Source: Auanema rhodensis
Taxonomy: Eukaryota > Animalia > Nematoda
DNA: 64,000 nucleotides
Reading direction: 5' to 3'
Assembly: GCA_964057225.1 (NCBI GenBank)
Contig: OZ059900.1
Location: forward strand, 25,420,001-25,484,000
The notes beneath the pieces are model-generated. The model was not told the origin of the DNA, ran no database searches, and worked only from the letters and a program-made list of their open reading frames with translations. A program made the position numbers and the translations under genes. Of this stretch, positions 54,374-64,000 are shown piece after piece; the stretch's first letter is position 1, and each line of letters starts with the position of its first letter.

Positions 54374-57300
54374 CAGCATAATAAAATATTTCTCAAGGGA
54401 AAAACTGTGTTTTTATATTTTTCTAGTGTTCAGCATGTGAAATGCTTTATTTTAGTATGTAACACGCTGAAATTTGTTGCATTTGACGACTCATATGAAC
54501 AAAAATCGATTTAATCAATATTAGCCATAAGGGGCGTGCCCTCAGAATATGCTAATTTCCTTAATTTTCTAACCCCTGTTTTTTTGTCGTGAAAGTGGAA
54601 CTAGACGTTGTACGAACAATTTTGAGCTAGGTTTCATTGACATTGCATCAGTTTGAACACATGAAATCGTAAGTCAAAACCTTGTTTACAGCGAAATTTC
54701 CAAAAACTGGTTTTCCAGCATAATAAAATATTTCTCATGGGAAATACTGTGTTTTTGTATTTTTCTAGTGTTCAGCATGTAAAATGCTTCATTTTAGTAT
54801 GTAACACGCTGAAATTCGTTGCATTTGACGACTCATATGAACAAAAATCGATTTAATCAATATTAGCCATAAGGGGCGTGCCCTCAGAATATGCTAATTT
54901 CCTTAATTTTCTAACCCCTGTTTTTTTGTCGTGAAAGTGGAACTAGACGTTCTACGAACAATTTTGAGCTAGGTTTCATTGACATTGCATGAGTTTGAAC
55001 ACATGAAATCGTAAGTCAAAACCTTGTTTACAGCGAAATTTCCAAAAACTGGTTTTCCAGCATAATAAAATATTTCTCATGGGAAAAACTGTGTTTTTGT
55101 ATTTTTCTAGTGTTCAGCATGTAAAATGCTTCATTTTAGTATGTAACACACTGAAATTTGTTGCATTTGACGACTCATATGAACAAAAATCGATTTAATC
55201 AATATTAGCCATAAGGGGCGTGCCCTCAGAATATGCTAATTTCCTTAATTTTCTAACCCCTGTTTTTTTGTCGTGAAAGTGGAACTAGACGTTGTACGAA
55301 CAATTTTGAGCTAGGTTTCATTGACATTGCATGAGTTTGAACACATGAAATCGTAAGTCAAAACCTTGTTTACAGCGAAATTTCCAAAAACTGGTTTTCC
55401 AGCATAATAAAATATTTCTCAAGGGAAAAACTGTGTTTTTATATTTTTCTAGTGTTCAGCATGTGAAATGCTTTATTTTAGTATGTAACACGCTGAAATT
55501 TGTTGCATTTGACGACTCATATGAACAAAAATCGATTTAATCAATATTAGCCATAACGGGCGTGCCCTCAGAATATGCTAATTTCCTTAATTTTCTAACC
55601 CCTGTTTTTCTGTCGTGAAAGTGGAACTAGACGTTGTACGAACAATTTTGAGCTAGGTTTCATTGACATTGCATGAGTTTGAACACATGAAATCGTAAGT
55701 CAAAACCTTGTTTACAGCGAAATTTCCAAAAACTGGTTTTCCAGCATAATACAATATTTCTCATGGGAAATACTGTGTTTTTGTATTTTTCTAGTGTTCA
55801 GAATGTAGAATGCTTCATTTTAGTATGTAACACGCTGAAATTCGTTGCATTTGACGACTCATATGAACAAAAATCGATGTAATCAATATTAGCCATAAGG
55901 GGCGTGCCCTCAGAATATGCTAATTTCCTTAATTTTCTAACCCCTGTTTTTTTGTCGTGAAAGTGGAACTAGACGTTGTACGAACAATTTTGAGCTAGGT
56001 TTCATTGACATTGCATCAGTTTGAACACATGAAATCGTAAGTCAAAACCTTGTTTACAGCGAAATTTCCAAAAACTGGTTTTCCAGCATAATAAAATATT
56101 TCTCAAGGGAAAAACTGTGTTTTTATATTTTTCTAGTGTTCAGCATGTGAAATGCTTCATTTTAGTATGTAACACGCTGAAATTTGTTGCATTTGACGAC
56201 TCATATGAACAAAAATCGATTTAATCAATATTAGCCATAAGGGGCGTGCCCTCAGAATATGCTAATTTCCTTAATTTTCTAACCCCTGTTTTTTTGTCGT
56301 GAAAGTGGAACTAGACGTTGTACGAACAATTTTGAGCTAGGTTTCATTGACATTGCATGAGTTTGAACACATGAAATCGTAAGTCAAAACCTTGTTTACA
56401 GCGAAATTTCCAAAAACTGGTTTTCCAGCATAATAAAATATTTCTCATGGGAAATACTGTGTTTTTGTATTTTTCTAGTGTTCAGAATGTAGAATGCTTC
56501 ATTTTAGTATGTAACACGCTGAAATTCGTTGCATTTGACGACTCATATGAACAAAAATCGATTTAATCAATATTAGCCATAAGGGGCGTGCCCTCAGAAT
56601 ATGCTAATTTCCTTAATTTTCTAACCCCTGTTTTTTTGTCGTGAAAGTGGAACTAGACGTTGTACGAACAATTTTGAGCTAGGTTTCATTGACATTGCAT
56701 GAGTTTGAACACATGAAATCGTAAGTCAAAACCTTGTTTACAGCGAAATTTCCAAAAACTGGTTTTCCAGCATAATAAAATATTTCTCATGGGAAAAACT
56801 GTGTTTTTGTATTTTTCTAGTGTTCAGCATGTAAAATGCTTCATTTTAGTATGTAACACGCTGAAATTCGTTGCATTTGACGACTCATATGAACAAAAAT
56901 CGATTTAATCAATATTAGCCATAAGGGGCGTGCCCTCAGAATATGCTAATTTCCTTAATTTTCTAACCCCTGTTTTTTTGTCGTGAAAGTGGAACTAGAC
57001 GTTGTACGAACAATTTTGAGCTAGGTTTCATTGACATTGCATGAGTTTGAACACATGAAATCGTAAGTCAAAACCTTGTTTACAGCGAAATTTCCAAAAA
57101 CTGGTTTTCCAGCATAATAAAATATTTCTCATGGGAAATACTGTGTTTTTGTATTTTTCTAGTGTTCAGCATGTAAAATGCTTCATTTTAGTATGTAACA
57201 CGCTGAAATTCGTTGCATTTGACGACTCATATGAACAAAAATCGATTTAATCAATATTAGCCATAAGGGGCGTGCACCTCAGAATATGCTAATTTCCTTA

Positions 57301-60300
57301 ATTTTCTAACCCCTGTTTTTTTGTCGTGAAAGTGGAACTAGACGTTGTACGAACAATTTTGAGCTAGGTTTCATTGACATTGCATGAGTTTGAACACATG
57401 AAATCGTAAGTCAAAACCTTGTTTACAGCGAAATTTCCAAAAACTGGTTTTCCAGCATAATAAAATATTTCTCATGGGAAATACTGTGTTTTTGTATTTT
57501 TCTAGTGTTCAGCATGTAAAATGCTTCATTTTAGTATGTAACACGCTGAAATTCGTTGCATTTGACGACTCATATGAACAAAAATCGATTTAATCAATAT
57601 TAGCCATAAGGGGCGTGCACCTCAGAATATGCTAATTTCCTTAATTTTCTAACCCCTGTTTTTTTGTCGTGAAAGTGGAACTAGACGTTGTACGAACAAT
57701 TTTGAGCTAGGTTTCATTGACATTGCATGAGTTTGAACACATGAAATCGTAAGTCAAAACCTTGTTTACAGCGAAATTTCCAAAAACTGGTTTTCCAGCA
57801 TAATAAAATATTTCTCATGGGAAAAACTGTGTTTTTGTATTTTTCTAGTGTTCAGCATGTAAAATGCTTCATTTTAGTATGTAACACGCTGAAATTCGTT
57901 GCATTTGACGACTCATATGAACAAAAATCGATTTAATCAATATTAGCCATAAGGGGCGTGCCCTCAGAATATGCTAATTTCCTTAATTTTCTAACCCCTG
58001 TTTTTTTGTCGTGAAAGTGGAACTAGACGTTGTACGAACAATTTTGAGCTAGGTTTCATTGACATTGCATGAGTTTGAACACATGAAATCGTAAGTCAAA
58101 ACCTTGTTTACAGCGAAATTTCCAAAAACTGGTTTTCCAGCATAATAAAATATTTCTCATGGGAAATACTGTGTTTTTGTATTTTTCTAGTGTTCAGCAT
58201 GTGAAATGCTTTATTTTAGTATGTAACACGCTGAAATTTGTTGCATTTGACGACTCATATGAACAAAAATCGATTTAATCAATATTAGCCATAAGGGGCG
58301 TGCCCTCAGAATATGCTAATTTCCTTAATTTTCTAACCCCTGTTTTTTTGTCGTGAAAGTGGAACTAGACGTTGTACGAACAATTCTGAGCTAGGTTTCA
58401 TTGACATTGCATCAGTTTGAACACATGAAATCGTAAGTCAAAACCTTGTTTACAGCGAAATTTCCAAAAACTGGTTTTCCAGCATAATAAAATATTTCTC
58501 ATGGGAAATACTGTGTTTTTGTATTTTTCTAGTGTTCAGCATGTAAAATGCTTCATTTTAGTATGTAACACGCTGAAATTCGTTGCATTTGACGACTCAT
58601 ATGAACAAAAATCGATTTAATCAATATTAGCCATAAGGGGCGTGCCCTCAGAATATGCTAATTTCCTTAATTTTCTAACCCCTGTTTTTTTGTCGTGAAA
58701 GTGGAACTAGACGTTCTACGAACAATTTTGAGCTAGGTTTCATTGACATTGCATGAGTTTGAACACATGAAATCGTAAGTCAAAACCTTGTTTACAGCGA
58801 AATTTCCAAAAACTGGTTTTCCAGCATAATAAAATATTTCTCATGGGAAAAACTGTGTTTTTGTATTTTTCTAGTGTTCAGCATGTAAAATGCTTCATTT
58901 TAGTATGTAACACACTGAAATTTGTTGCATTTGACGACTCATATGAACAAAAATCGATTTAATCAATATTAGCCATAAGGGGCGTGCCCTCAGAATATGC
59001 TAATTTCCTTAATTTTCTAACCCCTGTTTTTTTGTCGTGAAAGTGGAACTAGACGTTGTACGAACAATTTTGAGCTAGGTTTCATTGACATTGCATGAGT
59101 TTGAACACATGAAATCGTAAGTCAAAACCTTGTTTACAGCGAAATTTAAAAAACTGGTTTTCCAGCATAATAAAATATTTCTCAAGGGAAAAACTGTGTT
59201 TTTATATTTTTCTAGTGTTCAGCATGTGAAATGCTTTATTTTAGTATGTAACACGCTGAAATTTGTTGCATTTGACGACTCATATGAACAAAAATCGATT
59301 TAATCAATATTAGCCATAACGGGCGTGCCCTCAGAATATGCTAATTTCCTTAATTTTCTAACCCCTGTTTTTTTGTCGTGAAAGTGGAACTAGACGTTGT
59401 ACGAACAATTTTGAGCTAGGTTTCATTGACATTGCATGAGTTTGAACACATGAAATCGTAAGTCAAAACCTTGTTTACAGCGAAATTTCCAAAAACTGGT
59501 TTTCCAGCATAATACAATATTTCTCATGGGAAATACTGTGTTTTTGTATTTTTCTAGTGTTCAGAATGTAGAATGCTTCATTTTAGTATGTAACACGCTG
59601 AAATTCGTTGCATTTGACGACTCATATGAACAAAAATCGATGTAATCAATATTAGCCATAAGGGGCGTGCCCTCAGAATATGCTAATTTCCTTAATTTTC
59701 TAACCCCTGTTTTTTTGTCGTGAAAGTGGAACTAGACGTTGTACGAACAATTTTGAGCTAGGTTTCATTGACATTGCATCAGTTTGAACACATGAAATCG
59801 TAAGTCAAAACCTTGTTTACAGCGAAATTTCCAAAAACTGGTTTTCCAGCATAATAAAATATTTCTCAAGGGAAAAACTGTGTTTTTATATTTTTCTAGT
59901 GTTCAGCATGTGAAATGCTTCATTTTAGTATGTAACACGCTGAAATTTGTTGCATTTGACGACTCATATGAACAAAAATCGATTTAATCAATATTAGCCA
60001 TAAGGGGCGTGCCCTCAGAATATGCTAATTTCCTTAATTTTCTAACCCCTGTTTTTTTGTCGTGAAAGTGGAACTAGACGTTGTACGAACAATTTTGAGC
60101 TAGGTTTCATTGACATTGCATGAGTTTGAACACATGAAATCGTAAGTCAAAACCTTGTTTACAGCGAAATTTCCAAAAACTGGTTTTCCAGCATAATAAA
60201 ATATTTCTCATGGGAAATACTGTGTTTTTGTATTTTTCTAGTGTTCAGAATGTAGAATGCTTCATTTTAGTATGTAACACGCTGAAATTCGTTGCATTTG

Positions 60301-61558
60301 ACGACTCATATGAACAAAAATCGATTTAATCAATATTAGCCATAAGGGGCGTGCCCTCAGAATATGCTAATTTCCTTAATTTTCTAACCCCTGTTTTTTT
60401 GTCGTGAAAGTGGAACTAGACGTTGTACGAACAATTTTGAGCTAGGTTTCATTGACATTGCATGAGTTTGAACACATGAAATCGTAAGTCAAAACCTTGT
60501 TTACAGCGAAATTTCCAAAAACTGGTTTTCCAGCATAATAAAATATTTCTCATGGGAAAAACTGTGTTTTTGTATTTTTCTAGTGTTCAGCATGTAAAAT
60601 GCTTCATTTTAGTATGTAACACGCTGAAATTCGTTGCATTTGACGACTCATATGAACAAAAATCGATTTAATCAATATTAGCCATAAGGGGCGTGCCCTC
60701 AGAATATGCTAATTTCCTTAATTTTCTAACCCCTGTTTTTTTGTCGTGAAAGTGGAACTAGACGTTGTACGAACAATTTTGAGCTAGGTTTCATTGACAT
60801 TGCATGAGTTTGAACACATGAAATCGTAAGTCAAAACCTTGTTTACAGCGAAATTTCCAAAAACTGGTTTTCCAGCATAATAAAATATTTCTCATGGGAA
60901 ATACTGTGTTTTTGTATTTTTCTAGTGTTCAGCATGTAAAATGCTTCATTTTAGTATGTAACACGCTGAAATTCGTTGCATTTGACGACTCATATGAACA
61001 AAAATCGATTTAATCAATATTAGCCATAAGGGGCGTGCACCTCAGAATGTGCTAATTTCCTTAATTTTCTAACCCCTGTTTTTTTGTCGTGAAAGTGGAA
61101 CTAGACGTTGTACGAACAATTTTGAGCTAGGTTTCATTGACATTGCATGAGTTTGAACACATGAAATCGTAAGTCAAAACCTTGTTTACAGCGAAATTTC
61201 CAAAAACTGGTTTTCCAGCATAATAAAATATTTCTCATGGGAAATACTGTGTTTTTGTATTTTTCTAGTGTTCAGCATGTAAAATGCTTCATTTTAGTAT
61301 GTAACACGCTGAAATTCGTTGCATTTGACGACTCATATGAACAAAAATCGATTTAATCAATATTAGCCATAAGGGGCGTGCACCTCAGAATATGCTAATT
61401 TCCTTAATTTTCTAACCCCTGTTTTTTTGTCGTGAAAGTGGAACTAGACGTTGTACGAACAATTTTGAGCTAGGTTTCATTGACATTGCATGAGTTTGAA
61501 CACATGAAATCGTAAGTCAAAACCTTGTTTACAGCGAAATTTCCAAAAACTGGTTTTC
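54374..61558. repeat. 11-monomer-period duplication (~3764 bp), M160-M169 / M171-M180
   Basis: G158C (M163, M174), A11C (M164, M175) and adjacent pairs of 343-bp monomers (M168-169, M179-180). Confidence 0.85.
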
Positions 61559-64000
61559 CAGCATAATAAAATATTTCTCATGGGAAATACTGTGTTTTTG
61601 TATTTTTCTAGTGTTCAGCATGTAAAATGCTTCATTTTAGTATGTAACACGCTGAAATTCGTTGCATTTGACGACTCATATGAACAAAAATCGATGTAAT
61701 CAATATTAGCCATAAGGGGCGTGCCCTCAGAATATGCTAATTTCCTTAATTTTCTAACCCCTGTTTTTTTGTCGTGAAAGTGGAACTAGACGTTGTACGA
61801 ACAATTTTGAGCTAGGTTTCATTGACATTGCATCAGTTTGAACACATGAAATCGTAAGTCAAAACCTTGTTTACAGCGAAATTTCCAAAAACTGGTTTTC
61901 CAGCATAATAAAATATTTCTCAAGGGAAAAACTGTGTTTTTATATTTTTCTAGTGTTCAGCATGTGAAATGCTTCATTTTAGTATGTAACACGCTGAAAT
62001 TTGTTGCATTTGACGACTCATATGAACAAAAATCGATTTAATCAATATTAGCCATAAGGGGCGTGCCCTCAGAATATGCTAATTTCCTTAATTTTCTAAC
62101 CCCTGTTTTTTTGTCGTGAAAGTGGAACTAGACGTTGTACGAACAATTTTGAGCTAGGTTTCATTGACATTGCATGAGTTTGAACACATGAAATCGTGAG
62201 TCAAAACCTTGTTTACAGCGAAATTTCCAAAAACTGGTTTTCCAGCATAATAAAATATTTCTCATGGGAAATACTGTGTTTTTGTATTTTTCTAGTGTTC
62301 AGAATGTAGAATGCTTCATTTTAGTATGTAACACGCTGAAATTCGTTGCATTTGACGACTCATATGAACAAAAATCGATTTAATCAATATTAGCCATAAG
62401 GGGCGTGCCCTCAGAATATGCTAATTTCCTTAATTTTCTAACCCCTGTTTTTTTGTCGTGAAAGTGGAACTAGACGTTGTACGAACAATTTTGAGCTAGG
62501 TTTCATTGACATTGCATGAGTTTGAACACATGAAATCGTAAGTCAAAACCTTGTTTACAGCGAAATTTCCAAAAACTGGTTTTCCAGCATAATAAAATAT
62601 TTCTCATGGGAAATACTGTGTTTTTGTATTTTTCTAGTGTTCAGCATGTAAAATGCTTCATTTTAGTATGTAACACGCTGAAATTCGTTGCATTTGACGA
62701 CTCATATGAACAAAAATCGATTTAATCAATATTAGCCATAAGGGGCGTGCACCTCAGAATATGCTAATTTCCTTAATTTTCTAACCCCTGTTTTTTTGTC
62801 GTGAAAGTGGAACTAGACGTTGTACGAACAATTTTGAGCTAGGTTTCATTGACATTGCATGAGTTTGAACACATGAAATCGTAAGTCAAAACCTTGTTTA
62901 CAGCGAAATTTCCAAAAACTGGTTTTCCAGCATAATAAAATATTTCTCATGGGAAATACTGTGTTTTTGTATTTTTCTAGTGTTCAGCATGTAAAATGCT
63001 TCATTTTAGTATGTAACACGCTGAAATTCGTTGCATTTGACGACTCATATGAACAAAAATCGATGTAATCAATATTAGCCATAAGGGGCGTGCCCTCAGA
63101 ATATGCTAATTTCCTTAATTTTCTAACCCCTGTTTTTTTGTCGTGAAAGTGGAACTAGACGTTGTACGAACAATTTTGAGCTAGGTTTCATTGACATTGC
63201 ATCAGTTTGAACACATGAAATCGTAAGTCAAAACCTTGTTTACAGCGAAATTTCCAAAAACTGGTTTTCCAGCATAATAAAATATTTCTCAAGGGAAAAA
63301 CTGTGTTTTTATATTTTTCTAGTGTTCAGCATGTGAAATGCTTCATTTAAGTATGTAACACGCTGAAATTTGTTGCATTTGACGACTCATATGAACAAAA
63401 ATCGATTTAATCAATATTAGCCATAAGGGGCGTGCCCTCAGAATATGCTAATTTCCTTAATTTTCTAACCCCTGTTTTTTTGTCGTGAAAGTGGAACTAG
63501 ACGTTGTACGAACAATTTTGAGCTAGGTTTCATTGACATTGCATGAGTTTGAACACATGAAATCGTGAGTCAAAACCTTGTTTACAGCGAAATTTCCAAA
63601 AACTGGTTTTCCAGCATAATAAAATATTTCTCATGGGAAATACTGTGTTTTTGTATTTTTCTAGTGTTCAGAATGTAGAATGCTTCATTTTAGTATGTAA
63701 CACGCTGAAATTCGTTGCATTTGACGACTCATATGAACAAAAATCGATTTAATCAATATTAGCCATAAGGGGCGTGCCCTCAGAATATGCTAATTTCCTT
63801 AATTTTCTAACCCCTGTTTTTTTGTCGTGAAAGTGGAACTAGACGTTGTACGAACAATTTTGAGCTAGGTTTCATTGACATTGCATGAGTTTGAACACAT
63901 GAAATCGTAAGTCAAAACCTTGTTTACAGCGAAATTTCCAAAAACTGGTTTTCCAGCATAATAAAATATTTCTCATGGGAAAAACTGTGTTTTTGTATTT

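Larger units (their letters stand above)
1..64000. repeat. Tandem satellite DNA array, 342-bp monomer, 187 full copies + partial; extends beyond both window edges
   Basis: CAGCATAATAAAATATTTCTC recurs at 1, 343, 685, 1027 and so on, with a 342-bp period adjusted only by small indels. The last partial copy starts at 63954. Orientation is constant, and there are no spacers or non-repeat insertions. Confidence 0.99.

Noticed and set aside
1-64000. CRISPR array or other repeat-spacer system
   Set aside because: There are no variable spacers, the unit is 342 bp and fully repeated, and no cas genes are present.
1-64000. Pure sequencing or assembly artefact such as a rolling-circle concatemer
   Set aside because: Variants form linked, ordered, recurring haplotypes with regional domains, which random error on a single template would not produce. 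Exact copy numbers of the local duplications still need read validation.

Overview
The whole 64-kb window is one uninterrupted head-to-tail tandem array of a 342-bp, AT-rich (~34% GC by hand count) satellite monomer. It holds 187 complete copies plus a 47-bp partial copy, all in the same orientation. I found no unique sequence, transposon insertion, RNA gene or credible protein-coding gene. Copies differ from the consensus by 0 to about 7 substitutions and rare 1-5 bp indels. The 73-aa ORFs are by-products of two linked SNPs in some monomers. The real structure lies in the order of monomer variants. It forms local higher-order repeats (3-, 4-, 7-, 8- and 11-mers), two variant domains meeting near 30 kb, long-range duplicated blocks and mosaic monomers. 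The monomer looks like a degenerate ~170-bp dimer with several dyad symmetries. This pattern is typical of eukaryotic (peri)centromeric or subtelomeric satellite DNA; I cannot identify the species or family from the sequence. No novel gene system is supported. Notation: Mn = nth monomer; variant positions such as A141T are numbered within the monomer, with position 1 the C of CAGCATAAT at window position 1. All variant calls were read by eye.
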